NCBI RefSeq assembly: GCF_006345805.1
Contig: NC_042997.1
Coordinates: forward strand, 199,330,001 to 199,394,000
Reading direction: 5' to 3'
Length of the DNA stretch: 64,000 nt
From: Octopus sinensis
Taxonomy: Eukaryota
Position numbers and translations under genes: made by a program. The notes under the pieces are model-generated. The model was not told the DNA's origin. It ran no database searches and saw only the letters and a list, made by a program, of their open reading frames with translations. Positions 1-12,812 of this stretch are shown in pieces (position 1 is the stretch's first letter; the number at the start of each line of letters is the position of its first letter).

Positions 1-718
1 TACATACATTTGTTTGCAGATATGGAAATACCAACTCATAAACTTCCAAAAATACCTGCTGACTCATCCATAGAACACAGTGCTATTTTGTCATCACACA
101 TTACAAGACTCTGTACTGAACACCTCCATTGTCTCTTGTTTTAATGTTCCCTAATAACACAGGCATTGCATACATCCCACACACTTGCAATATTGGGATA
201 AATATAGTTATACAGATGAGTGTAGATAACAGAAATTGACAAATGCAGGTTTAACTTACGATCCATTAAATTTTGATACTATTCAAATCATATATGTTAC
301 ACTCCATATATTACCTCTTCCTGCAAAAAAAAGCACACGTTCTACCTTAAACTATTGTAAACATCTTTTACCTGAGTTTTCCTGTGTCTAGTGGCAGAAG
401 CATTAGTGAGCATTTATGTAGCTAAGCCTAAGCAAGAATTATATAGCTTAGTTTAAACTATCAAATTTGTGTAGATTGAAATTGGTTGTAAATAAAAACA
501 CTTTCTTTTTTTTCTCACATTTATTCAATAATTAAAATGCATGTTGTTTTGCAAACAGACTTGTTTCTCGTTATTTTGTAATCTGTAATGAATATGAACA
601 AATAGACTGTCTTTATATTTAATGTGTATATTGCAACAGAAGCATTTCTCATTTCCATCTGCAATATCGAAAACTTGAATTCTTGTTCACTGTACAGTGC
701 TCCAGTTCCAGTTCTTAT

Positions 719-1332
719 TCTTTTACTTGTTTCAGTCATTTGACTGTGGCCAGGCTGGAGCACTGCCTTTAGTCGAACAACTTGATCACCAGGACTTATT
801 CTTTATAAGTCTAGTACTTATTCTATTGGTCTCTTTTGTCGTACTGCTAAGTTACGGGGATGTAAACACACCAGCATCGGTTGTCAAGCGATGATAGGGA
901 GACAAACATACACACACATATTCAATGGGCTTCTTTCAGTTTCCATCTACCAAATCCACTCGCAAGGCTTTGGTCAGCCCAATGCTATAGTAGAAGACAC
1001 TTACCCAAAGTGTCATGTAGTGGGACTGAACCCGGAACTATGTGGTTGGGAAGGAATCTTCTTATTTCTTTATTACCCACAAGGGGCTAAACATAGAGGG
1101 GACAAACAAGGACAGACAAAAGGAATAAAGTTGATTACATTGACCCCAGTTTGTAACTGGTACTTAATTTATCAACCCCAAAAGAATGAAAGGCAAAGTT
1201 GACCTCGGCGGAATTTGAACTCAGAATGTAATGGCAGACAAAATACCGCTAAACATTTCACCCAGCGTGCTAACGTTTCTGCCAGCTCGCCTCTGGGAAG
1301 CAATCTTCTTACCACACAGCCACACCTGCACC
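719..1332 (-). mobile_element. tRNA-headed SINE family A, interrupted by a nested family-B SINE
   Basis: Near-identical to many copies in the window (tail cttttacttgtttcagtcatttgactg, internal microsatellite, tRNA-like head); the head resumes after 1295. Confidence 0.85.
1065..1294 (-). mobile_element. SINE family B nested in family A
   Basis: Matches other B copies (ggcagaaacgttagcacg...gtcgactttgcctttcatcc); 17-bp TSD gggaag(g/c)aatcttctta at 1048-1064 and 1295-1311. Confidence 0.9.
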
Positions 1333-1479
1333 TAAGTAAATTTATATACTGATAGAGTTTATTTAAAGCTAAGTTGTCTGGACCAACAACATCTAATTAT
1401 ATTGATCTTGCTTTCTCTTTTCTATGCAAATACATGCATTTATTATACACATACACCAAGTCTGAATATATTCTAAGAT

Positions 1480-1740
1480 TATAGGCTTGTGGCTAAGTGG
1501 TTGGCGTATTTAGCTCATGAGGTTAATACCTGGCAGTGTGGCGTGTTCTTGAGCAAGACACTTTATTTCAAAGGGCCACATTCTGTGTCATGCTGAATCT
1601 CACCGAGAACTTCATTAAGGGGATGTGTGTCTGTGGAGTGTTCAGCCACTTGAATTTTAATTTCATGAGGAGGCTGTTCTGTTGGTGGGATCAACAGGAA
1701 CCCTCATTATTGTAACCAACAGAAGGCCAGTTAGTTAATA
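1480..1740 (+). mobile_element. tRNA-headed SINE family D (diverged)
   Basis: A-box-like tggctaagtgg, gagcaagacactttatttca core and tail shared with 44340-44706 and 54990-55318. Confidence 0.7.
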
Positions 1741-1764
1741 AACACAGATGTCAGTGTGTACACA

Positions 1765-2537
1765 TGACAGAGTGTAAGAACCCTGAGAGAAATGTTAGTC
1801 ATAAGAAGCATCAGATGTGGCATGCAAGAGAGATATTAGTATTGGTATGGTCATATACTGCGGATGGACGAGGAGAGCTGTGTGAAGAAGTGCCACTCCC
1901 AAACAGAGGAAGGAATCCGGGGTACAGGGAGACCCAGGAAGACATTGGATGAGGTGGTGAAGCATGACCTTCGAACGTTGGGCCTCACAGAGACAATGAC
2001 AAAAGACTGAGACCTCTGGAGGTATGCTGTGACTGAGAAGATCCGACAAATAAAGTGAGTTCACAGTTGCAACCAACACCGGTGTCACATAACCGGCACA
2101 CTAAAAAGTACTTGGGATTGTAGGGTGACATGCTGTGCTTGAGGAGACCTATTGAGTCAAGTACATCAGCATCAGCAATATCAAAATCAAATCAAATGGA
2201 AATTGTAGTTGTGACCCCACTGCTGGTAGCATGTAAAAAGCACACTCCAAACATGGCTGATGCCAGTGCTGCCTTGACTGGCTTCTGTGCTGGTGGCACA
2301 TAAAAAGCACCATCCAATCGTGGTCGATGCCAGCTCCTCTGGCTCCTGCACTGGTGGCATGTAAAAAGCACCCACTTCTCTCTCGGAGTGGTTGGCATTA
2401 GGAAGAGCATCCAGCTGTAGAAACACTGCCAGATCAGATTGGGGCCTGGTGCTGCCTCCTGGCTTCCCAGACCCCAGTCAAAGCATCCAACCCATGTCAG
2501 CATGGAAAATAGGCATTAAATGATGATGGTGATGATG
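1765..2537 (+). mobile_element. RTE-clade LINE 3' fragment: end of ORF plus 3' UTR ending in (ATG)n
   Basis: Frame 1843-2058 reads WYGHILRMDEESCVKKCHSQTEEGIRGTGRPRKTLDEVVKHDLRTLGLTETMTKD*DLWRYAVTEKIRQIK*, the typical RTE C-terminus (W.GH..R, GRP..W/L, D...WR), with in-frame stops; continues into the UTR repeat seen throughout the window. Confidence 0.85.
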
Positions 2538-2840
2538 TAGCACTGTCATTAAGAAATTTACTTAAGCATCCCATAGTTATAGATTCAGTCCTACAGTATG
2601 ACACCATGGGTAAGTGTCACCTGCAATTGCCCCTAATTGCTGAATGAATACCTTGGGCATGAGTTTGGGCAGCTGAAAACTATACAAAGCTCATCTCACA
2701 CACACACACACACACGTGTGTGTGTGTGTGTGTGTGTGTTGCACAACGGAGTACTTGCGTGAATGTTTACATTCATGCAATCTCATTGAAAATTTCTGAG
2801 CAATGGACTGTGTTGTCTGTTGTCATTTTCTTGTCAACAG

Positions 2841-2915
2841 ATTATCCATTAGCTCTGCACTTTCAAAGATGAGTAGAATGAAAACTCCAGCACCTATGAA
2901 AAAAAACCCAGAAAG
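2841..2915 (+). CDS. Candidate internal exon of unidentified gene (LSISSALSKMSRMKTPAPMKKNPE)
   Basis: Acceptor ttttcttgtcaacag, donor AG|gttagt, 75 nt, open in phase 2-2; no homology recognised. Confidence 0.3.
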
Positions 2916-3494
2916 GTTAGTGGCAGAAAAAGTATCCAGCTGTGCTACATTAGCTTGTAGACAGCATAATAAAACAGGAGATTTTATATGTATATTCAAA
3001 ATGTTTCCTGTAAACGAACTTAAAGTATATATTTACATTTGACACTGTGTTATGCCTCACAACAGGGTATTCTGTTTGTTTTGTGTAGGACACATCTGTC
3101 ATTTTGGTTCAATATTTTTGCTGAACTTTCTGCATTTCTTCCTCAGCTATCTTCACTTTCACACTGGTGTGATAAATCTTAATTGCTTAATCTTACAGGA
3201 TCAAAAATATGTCTCACTGGTTGATTATATATTTTACCATCAATCTGTTACTTGTTTCTAATTGCTGGGTTGTCACTATGTTTTCCCAAATCAATGCTGA
3301 TAAAGTGGTCCTATGACAGGTAGGCAATTGGTCGAAATGGTAAGGCCTTACCCACAAGTGCTTCCTTCCTAGTTACACCATGTTTCTGCCTGGTCAAGAA
3401 CCATACGGAACACTGGCATGTTGTACATATAATGGAAGGCAAGGTTTATGATATCGGGAGAATATTGCCTTCTCCCATTACATTTTGTTCTTCA

Positions 3495-3870
3495 TGTAGT
3501 TCAGGCTCTGGCAGATGAAGAAAGAAGTCTTTAAGTACAACAGCAATTTACAACCGGTTTATTTACAAGTTTCACAGAAGAGGTGAAGTGTGTTGCTCTC
3601 GGCAACCATCTCAAGCTGTGGGCACATCACATTGCCTCTAGAGGTACAACATGCAGACAGACCCAACCAGTGAAGTGTGCTCAGCATGCGCTGCTGTGAA
3701 GAAGCGGAGAGAGTGAATCTGTTTCTGTTTGGCCCTTATATACAGTTTGCCATCGCGAGCCTCGCTGTGATCTCGCGCATGGCAAATGGATGCAGGTGAT
3801 GTCTCGTTCCAGTCTCGGTGATGGCAATGGCTACCGCGAGATCTCATCTAATATGGTGCTGACTGCTACA
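3495..3870 (-). mobile_element. Possible solo LTR
   Basis: Termini TGTAG...CTACA; on minus a TATATAA (~3737-3743) precedes AATAAA (~3558-3563); GC-rich hairpin at 3746-3786; no matching TSD. Confidence 0.3.
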
Positions 3871-4149
3871 TACTCATTCCAGACATTTGTACATTACTGC
3901 ATATGCTTTATACACACCATATCCAATATGTTGCTGCTGCTACATACTCATTCATATGGGATGCAGCATGACAAATTATTACGCTCTCTCTCTATTCCAG
4001 TATACCTGAAATTCTAGCGGGGAATATAGGAGAGGTAGACAACATAGACAAAGTCAGAGAACAGCAGTTGCTGCTTTTGTGCCCTTATCAGTGTTGTGTA
4101 TGACTCTGAACAGATTTTAAAAAAATACTGAATCTATTGATGGATGTTG

Positions 4150-4482
4150 CAATTATTTCTGTACCTGTGCCGGTGGCCTGTAAAAAGCACCATCTATATG
4201 TGGCTGATGCCAGCGCTGCCTTGACTGGCTTCTGTTCCAGTGGCACATAAAAAGCACCAACCGATTGTGGGCATTGCCAGCCTCCCTTGGCACCTGTGCT
4301 GGTGGCACATAAAAAGCACCCACTACACTCACGGAGTGGTTGGCGTTAGGAAGGGCATTCAGCTGTAGAAACACTGCCAGATTAGACTAGAGCCTGGTGC
4401 AGCCTCCTGGCTTCCCAGACCCCGGTCGAACCTTCCAACCCATGCTAGCATGGAAAACGGACGTTAAACGATGATGATGATG
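4150..4482 (+). mobile_element. RTE-LINE 3' UTR copy (5'-truncated)
   Basis: Matches 2200-2537; ends ggacgttaaacgatgatgatgat. Confidence 0.8.
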
Positions 4483-5324
4483 TATGTGTTTTTGATACTT
4501 GTCCAGACGAGTAAGAATCATGGTGCTTGTAAAATGTCATTTTAGTGGTAACCAGCAATGCTGTATATGTCATGGAGGTGGTTATTCATACAGGGACAAA
4601 AACTGAAGGGGTTGAGGCATGTGGTTACAAGAAAATATTACAAGTCAAGGCAGTTTTTCAGTATTCCTTTTATATTGTGTAAAGCAGTCCATGTGCTGTG
4701 TGCCTGGTGTTTTGTTATCTCATTTTAATAATGTTCCTTTGGTTTTATTACATTAACAAAAAATTCATGAAAGTGTTTTATATTTTATATAAATTATATT
4801 ATATTATAGAATGTTTAGGTTATTGTGTACGTGTTGAATTTAATTTTGTACATCTTTATGAATAAAAAACATGATTATAAATGAATTTTGTGGAAAGTCT
4901 GTGATGTCAGGAATATTAACTACAGCACTTTTTGTTTGATTTTTCCAATATTGTTGTTTTGTTATTAGAATTGCAAAGTTGTACAACTTTCTGTAATATC
5001 TGCAAAGATGGGGGAATTTGGAGGTATAAGAACCTGTTACATTATGAGTTTCAGCTTCCACCTTTCAACAATATTTGCTTGAGTTAGGAGAGAATTTCAC
5101 ATGAATTGAAATTTCATTCTTTGATTGGTATTCCAGTCATGACCATCCTGCCTTCTTTTCCATTATATCTGGTATAATCTATTTTGAAGATGGTAAAGTA
5201 GTATTTTAAGGAAAATTTGGCTACCATTCCTTGCTGGTCAAGCAGCTGTATGGAGGCATGTTTGCTCACTCAAGACAACAAAGTGAACTGAGGTAGTGTT
5301 GTAAAAGTCTGTCAGGGGCCAGTA

Positions 5325-5478
5325 GAAGGATGTATGAGGGCTGCCAGAAGGTTGCTTGAAGGCAGCCAAAAGGTTGCTTGAGGGCTGCCAAAAGGATGCT
5401 TGAGAGCCACCTGAAGGATGCTTGAGGGTCACCTGAAGGGTGTATGAGGGCTGCTAAAAGGATGTTTGAGAGCCGCGT
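5325..5478. repeat. 22-bp minisatellite, 7 copies, next to a hAT-like MITE end
   Basis: Units like gaaggatgcttgagggctgcca at exact 22-nt period; followed by gagccgcgtgtggctc and gttgagaactactg. Confidence 0.8.
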
Positions 5479-7259
5479 GTGGCTCTAGAAAGTGCAGTTG
5501 AGAACTACTGCATTTAAAGGGTTTTCTTATATTAGAGTAGTATCAACCTAATATTTATTCCTACAACGATCTTCTTTGCAGACAAAATTCAAGAAAAAGC
5601 TTCATTTCACAGTGGGATTTATCTTATGTAATCGATAACAATGGAAATTTCTCTGTAATTGTTGTTCTTGCTCACTCTATTATCAGACTTTTTTTTTTCG
5701 TTTTCCAAACTAATCAGACATTTAGATATGACACAGTTCCAATTAAGTTACTCTTTCCATTATATCAATATGCTTTCCACAATTTTTTGTGTAGGGGTGA
5801 GCTGGGGGTTATCAAAGTTCCATTTGTTCTTGTTTTTGTTGTCGTCTTAGTTTTGTTATCAGTTTATTATTTTGTTGCAGTAAAATGCAATAATATAAGC
5901 AATTAGGATGTTATAGGCAACTCACTGAGTAGATATCATTTAAAAAGAGAAAAAAAAAAATATTGAGTTTCTATTTTTGTAGTCATCTTACCAAATAACA
6001 ATAAAATGTATTCTATCTATAAATGAGACACAATGCAAAGAAATCAGAGTTGCTGATGTCTGTGCCATGGAGAGAACAATAAAACCATTTTTAGTGAAAT
6101 ATAATTATTATTCTGTCTCAAAAAGTAGTTTCCTTATATTTTTTAACTTGGAAATTCTGAACATCATCTGTTAAAATGTAATTAATTTTCAGAGTTTCAA
6201 ATAGACTTTATTTGCATTTTTTTGTCTTTTTTTTTATGCATGCCATAAAATTAAAATGACTCACCCAACTAATTAAATTAAGTTTTGTGTGTGTATAGTT
6301 GGTTAGCAATTTATTTTGATGTATTGTGCAGAAACAAGACGTTATTGAGATAAGAAATGAGCAAGGTGCAAGAAGAACTTATTTAAGTTAGACCATTTTT
6401 TCCTGTCTCTACTATTACTGTATATCTACTTAGGATAGATGCAGGACAGCAGAAAGATTAAGAAGTTCATTTTGCAATCTCAGGTTCTTGCATTTGATTC
6501 CACAGCATGGCACCATTGGTAAAGTCATTTTCATAGCCTCATGTGGACCCTTACTTTGTCGGTGAATTGGACACATAGAAACTGTACAAAGCCCAAAGAT
6601 GGATTTGATTTTATTCATAATTCAACATCATAATTTTAACATCCACTGTTCCATGCTTGCATAGGTCAGACAGAATTTGTTGAGGCAGATTTTTCTGTGG
6701 CTGTATGTCCTTCCTGCTGTGCTCCCACACTTGATTTCAAGTAAGGGAATACTTCCCCATGGCCAGACATGTTTTCATGGAAGATTGGAAGTGGATAGCT
6801 TTGCTTGTGGGATGGTCACACTTGTTTGCAACTAAGAGACAGTACCACACACATACATTACACTGGGCTTCTTTTAGTTTCTCTCTACAAAGTCCACTCT
6901 CAAGGCTTTTGGTTGGCCTGGGTTATGGCAGAGGACACTTGCCAAAGATGTCACATGCAGAATGGGATGAATCTGGAATCATGTGGTTTCAAATTCAACT
7001 TCTTACCATGTGGCCACACCCGACAATTATTTTTACAATACCTGTATCTAATGAATGCTCTACTGTTTGAACAATTTAATGAGCAGGTAATTCATTTAAT
7101 TGAATAGCTGAATGCTCATTATTGGCCAACATTAATCCATCAATCAATCTGCTCAGTTGAAACATGCTTATGTTGAAATTGAACAGTTTCTTGTTATATT
7201 ATTAATGAATACAACCCCTGTATCTTACTATACAACTATAAAAATAAATGATTATAATG

Positions 7260-7512
7260 AAATTATTGTATACAGTGCTCAAGTGCACCACAACTTGTCA
7301 AAAGTGCGTATAAAGTATATGCAGTAATGTACAAATGTCTGGCAAGTGAACAGTGTATGAGTCAGATACATGGTTGTGTGTGTATGGAGGGGAGAAAATC
7401 AGGTGTAGTGTTGGCGAATCTCAGGAAGCATGGAAGTTTTGAAGGATGCAGTGCTCCGACAACTAACAACTGATGCCGGCAGTTTGTTCCATACTTCAGC
7501 AACTCTTAGCGT
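7260..7512 (-). mobile_element. CR1-like LINE 3' end
   Basis: Shares ORF end and 3' UTR with 42124-42452 and 31365-31600. Confidence 0.8.
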
Positions 7513-7524
7513 GGGCTTTTAATT

Positions 7525-7732
7525 TCATGTAAAAACCACTGGTCATGGTGCTTCATTAAAAGCACCCAGTACACTCTGTAAAGTGGTTTGGTATTAGGAA
7601 GGGCATCCACCTGTAGAAACCAAGCCAAAACAGACTATGGAACCTTGTGCATCTCCTAGCTTTGCCAGCTCCTTTCAAACTATCCAACCCATGCCAGCAT
7701 GGAGAATGAATGTTAAATGATGATGATGATGA
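7525..7732 (+). mobile_element. RTE-LINE 3' UTR copy
   Basis: aaagcacccagtacactctgtaaagtgg...aatgatgatgatgat. Confidence 0.75.
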
Positions 7733-7761
7733 AACTAGTTTTCAAAATTACCAAAAAATTA

Positions 7762-7798
<37 letters not shown>

Positions 7799-8055
7799 AT
7801 GTGCTGTTTCTGTTTTAGCATAAAAAAATTAACAACAACATAAAATCAATGTTTGGCACTTCACACTGAAAATGTGTAGAATCTGTTAATATATATATAT
7901 ACGACTGTTTTGTGACAAAGAATTCAGATCCATACCTTGGATATCTTGTAGCCCACTTCATGTGGAAACGGTAGTGCTCTCACTGAGTTCCATACTGATA
8001 GTTGCTATAACTACGCACAGTCGTATACAGATATTCAATATTATAAATGTTTCAG

Positions 8056-8134
8056 AAAAATTTTAGCTTTTCGTTTGTCTAGTAGCAACATTCTTCATAA
8101 AATATTTGCATTGTATCGAGAATGGCTTCTCCTG
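8056..8134 (+). CDS. Candidate internal exon (KILAFRLSSSNILHKIFALYREWLLL)
   Basis: Acceptor tgtttcag, donor CTG|gtaaat, 79 nt open in phase 2-0, protein-like composition; gene not recognised. Confidence 0.45.
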
Positions 8135-9091
8135 GTAAATTTTTTGAACACTTTCAATTAATTTCAATATTTTACTTATTGTCTGACATATTTCTTTAGT
8201 TTCTCAATTTGGCTCAATGAAATTCCACTTGGTAGTTAAACAGTAGTTGAAATATTTTTACCCAAGCCACTACAGACTGCTTTCACATTAACAAAATTGT
8301 ATTTCCATCCTATACTATGCCAAATATTATGATTTAGTAGGTATTAAGGTATTTTCTTAATATCAATTATTGATTATTCTGAAGAAGAGGAAAGAACATA
8401 TCTCACAGACTTTTCCACTCTTCATATACTAATACATGGCTTCTATAACTAATATATCGATAACTAGGTAAGATTAATTCAGTTAAAAATTTAGTCTGAT
8501 GTCTTATAAATTTGTAAATAGAATAAAGTATTTGACAAATTATTTAGTACAGGTCCAAGGGTAGGTTAGAGAAGAAGAGTGGTTGGATAAAAGGAATTTA
8601 GGTAACAGGGTTTGTAAAGCCAACAGAGAAACAAATTAATGATTGTGGCACTGTACTGCATAACGATAAATGCCTCACACTTAATTGATTAATTAAAGTT
8701 GTGAATGCTGACTGTAGCTGTGGACAATAATTTTAATCATGTATGCATACATGTGCAAATGTGTGTGTGCATGCGTTTAGTCTAAATGAGTGGTACCTTG
8801 GGCACCTGCCTTCTATTGTAACCTCATATTGACTAGAACTTCGTGAGTGGGATTTTGAAGATGGAAGCTGTGCAGAAACTTTGTGTGTGTGTGTGTGTGC
8901 GTGTGATATAGAATATTTATCTAGTGAACTGATTTCACTTGTACTGGTTGTAATTAAGAAATTAATGATAATGTTACAATTTCATGCTATCATAAGAAGT
9001 TTTCATTCCATGTTAGTAGGAAAAAGGATGTGTGTCTATATCTGTATTTATGTTTATACCTGTCTAAAAACCTGTTGTGTACTTTTATTTA

Positions 9092-9400
9092 GGAAAAAGC
9101 ACCACCTGAACGTGGCCAAGGCTAGTACTGCCTTGACTGGCTTCTGTGCCAGTGGTACGTTAAAAGCACAATGCGATCATGGTCGATGCCAGCCCCTCTC
9201 TGGCCCCTATGCCGGTGGCACGTAAAAAAGCATCCACTACACTCTCAGAGTGGTTAACATTAGGAAGGGCATCTAGCTGTAGAAACTTTGCCAGATCAGA
9301 TTGGAGACTGGTGAAGCCTTCTGGCTCACCAGGCCTCAGTCAAACCATCTAACCCATGCCAGCATGGAAAGTAGACATTAAACGATGATGATGATGATGA
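9092..9400 (+). mobile_element. RTE-LINE 3' UTR copy
   Basis: Same UTR modules and (ATG)n tail. Confidence 0.8.
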
Positions 9401-9694
9401 TAAGTAAACCTCAGTGAAAAGGGCACTGAAATTTTGTTTGATCAATGTATTATTTTTGTTTCCCTTAGTTAATTTCTTGGGGAATGTATTTTAATAATCA
9501 TTTCATGGATTCAGTTTATAGACAGCAGCCATGTTCAAACAGTTGTACTTAGTCTGGTACTTATTTCATTAACCTCTATTAAGTTTATGGTCAGATGTGA
9601 AGCAAAATAACATAAAATGTATCACATCTGACCATACAACATCAAAACCAAAACTAACACACTGCGAGCACGTAATATCAACAAGAAGCAACTA

Positions 9695-9905
9695 ATGACC
9701 AATGTAAACAATAAATTTGGTTGTAAAATTGAAAGGCGCAAACTTCAGGACTCCAGCAGTTACATTGGACATACTAGTACAACACTCACTCATAGACTCC
9801 CCATGCATTTTACATAAACTAGCTATTTGCAAAAGCAGTAAAAAGCATCCCATAAAACAAAGTAAGATGAAAAAAATACTAGAGGATAATGCGTTCATAC
9901 TGTAA
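9695..9905 (+). mobile_element. Penelope-like GIY-YIG endonuclease fossil
   Basis: Frame from 9695 gives ...SSSYIGHTSTTLTHRLPMHF*, matching the PLE YIGxTxxTLxxRLxxH motif; continues after a frameshift as ICKSSKKHP...KILEDNAFIL. Confidence 0.65.
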
Positions 9906-10539
9906 TTCCTCACAAAAACTGATTAACCATCACCACCATATGCCACAATACAATGCAAAAATAAACACGCATATAATACATATGAAAATTAACACTTGGT
10001 TACTAACATGAAAAACCTCTAAGTCAAAAGTTTGACCACCACAAACAAATAAACACATGACTTACTGATGTATGAAACCAGCAGTTAAGCAATAACTTTG
10101 GTGAGAAAGTCTGCATGAATCCTACCAGTATGTAAGAAAGATCTAGGATGCTAAATATATTCAGTTCTTAAAATTGAAGGTGATGATTTGTGATGAAAAT
10201 GGTGAATATTAATTCAGGAACTTTATTGCTGCAAATTAGCTGTAAAAAAAAAAAAAAGAAATAAGAAGAAAATACAGAATATCTAAAATAAACTCTAATA
10301 ATATCATGTATTTAATGAAACCTATATAAAAGAAAATATGGGTACAAGTGAAAACTGTGATTTAAACTATTTTCACTGCTATCTTTAGCATGCTGGTGCT
10401 ACAAGTAGTATGCTTCATTATTGATATATATATCTGTGTGCCTGTGTGTGCCCTTAATGTAGTATATATATATGTATGTGCATGTGTGCCTTTAATGAAG
10501 TATATATATACGTGTATGTGTATGTGCACGCGCCCTTAA

Positions 10540-10760
10540 CCCTTTTGATACCAACCCGGCTGAAACTGCATCTGGCTCTGAGTACAAATGTCTTGTTTTC
10601 ATAAGTTTTGAATTAAAATCTTCCACCAAACCTTAGTCACAATTTATGTTCCTAACACTAGCTTTATGATAACCAAGTTATTTTACTAAATTCTTTGTTA
10701 TATTTAAAATTAATTGAGAGAAACAAAGAGTATCTCAAAATAAATACGGTAACAAAAGGG
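10540..10760. mobile_element. piggyBac-like MITE
   Basis: TTAA on both sides (10536-39, 10761-64); TIR cccttttg(a/t)tacc; second copy inverted at 18414-18633. Confidence 0.85.
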
Positions 10761-10764
10761 TTAA

Positions 10765-10972
10765 TGTAGTTCTCAGGGATATTCAGCATGACACAAAATG
10801 TAACAAAACTGATCCTCTGAAATACAAGTAAAGCTCATTTTTGCCAGCTGAGTGGACTGGAACAACATGAAATAAAGTGTCTTGCTCAAGGACACAATGC
10901 GTTGCCGGGAATTGAGCTCTTGATGTTATGAGTGTGAGCCAAAATCTCTACCCACTAAACCACACACCATCA
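10765..10972 (-). mobile_element. SINE family D fragment
   Basis: tgaaataaagtgtcttgctcaaggacacaa core and tRNA-like head on minus. Confidence 0.75.
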
Positions 10973-12426
10973 CACACACTATGCTGCTGTAAAAGTTCCA
11001 CTTATGCAGAAGTGGTTATGGAAAAAGATATTTGTCCAAAGTTTCCCACAGTGGAATCAAACTCAGAATGAGTTGGTTGTGAAATGAACTTCTTAACCAC
11101 CTTGTCATTCTTGCACCCATCAGTATTTTCCCTTTGATCAAATTATTGGTAAATTACCAATTTAGCATATACTCTCTTCCAAAGTATTATTGATAAGAAA
11201 ACTCAATATTCAAAATTCCCATTAAGAAGCTGTACAAAGGCACTAAAGTCCACTTTATACGCACAGTGACATTTATTTCAAAAATAATCAATCCAGTAAC
11301 CTTTAATTATTATTGGTTTATAACATCATTTAAAATTTTGCTTTGAAAACTTTGAAGGATCATATTTCTAAATTAGTTCGTCAAAACACAATCATCAAAA
11401 TTATTGAGGTGGTTTAAACCTTGTATAGGCAAAACATTGTTGTGATTATTCTATCTTATTTTACAATATATATATCAGTGAAGTTTCAGTAATAGCCAAA
11501 CATTTTAATTACGATAGAGCATTTAAAAGATATAATACATTACATTCTGTGAATAATACCATGATAAAAGTAATGCACACTGCAAAGCAATTTATAATCA
11601 AAAAATAAATGGGCAATATTAGTTTTAGATTTACTATAGCCCTTGCATGTTTATTCCAGCTCTATGAACTGAATAATCAATAAAAGTCAATCAACATGTT
11701 GCCAGCATCTTCTGTATTACTTGTATGTGACAAGTAATCCCTCTTTACCAATTCAATGAGCAGATAGCATCAGTAATCTAGGATACCAACCACATCCATC
11801 TTTAGTTACTTCCTTTACTTAATGTGTAATTTTGAATGGCTATTTCATGGATATTGAAGAGACTTTCTAAATTTAGCTTCGGCGATGATAGAAATAATCT
11901 GTAGATATATGTAAATGGCTTCCACTTCTGTGTAATATTTAACAAAGGAAGTAGTTTTCTAGTAAAGTTTCATTTGTTCAGTTTTTATTTTTCCTAAAAA
12001 ATCTATTTTCTTTTTATTTCTATTTCTTGGGGAAAGAATAATTTCTGTGGCTGGCTGACTGAACTTTGTGACATTCTACATGAAATGTTTTGGTTTCAGT
12101 TTAATAAATTGGTGCTTTGAAGTACAAAAGGGGGACATTCGTCATTTCACTCAATAAAGTAATGTTCATCTGCTTAGGTATCAAGATTAAATTTCTTTCT
12201 CAGTTTAACTGAATATGTTGCTTTGACTTAGTGTTAAAATGCTTATATATATATATATATATATAAAATACAAAAATAGGACAAGAACACAAAACATCCA
12301 GACAGTTAGGTGATACGAAAAAGGGACAACAAACATCCAGACAGATGATACAAGGAAGCAAGGACAGGTCATTCGGAGTTTTCTTTCATCGGTCGAGTTC
12401 CAGATTATCTTTGCAATTTCAGCTGG

Positions 12427-12458
<32 letters not shown>

Positions 12459-12659
12459 ATATACACTCTCAGCATGGTTGGTGTTAGGAAAGGAAACATT
12501 GCCATATCAGATTGGAGCCTAGTCAAACCAGCCAACCCATGCCAGCATGGAATGTAGGCGTTAAACGATGATGATATATATAAAAGCATAAGATGTTGTA
12601 CAGAAGGGCAATATATGTATGTATATAGATACAGAGAGGTATATATATATATATATGGA

Positions 12660-12812
12660 GAGAGAGGGGAGGGCTTCTTTCAGTTTCCCTCTACCAAATC
12701 CACTCACAAGGCTTTAGTAGGAGACACTTGCTTGAGGTGCCACACAATGGGACTGAACCTGGAACTACATGGTTGGGAAGCAAGCTTCTTGCCACATAAC
12801 CATGCCTGCACC
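12660..12812 (-). mobile_element. SINE family A 5' part
   Basis: ggcttctttcagtttcc...ccacataaccatgcctgcacc. Confidence 0.7.

Noticed and set aside
20-144. Terminal exon DMEIPTHKLPKIPADSS...LLF*
   Set aside because: Acceptor and open frame are present, but the window edge and lack of homology make it unsupportable
2697-2738. (CA)n-(TG)n perfect palindrome (a similar one at 47444-47485)
   Set aside because: A common microsatellite juxtaposition with no evidence of specific function
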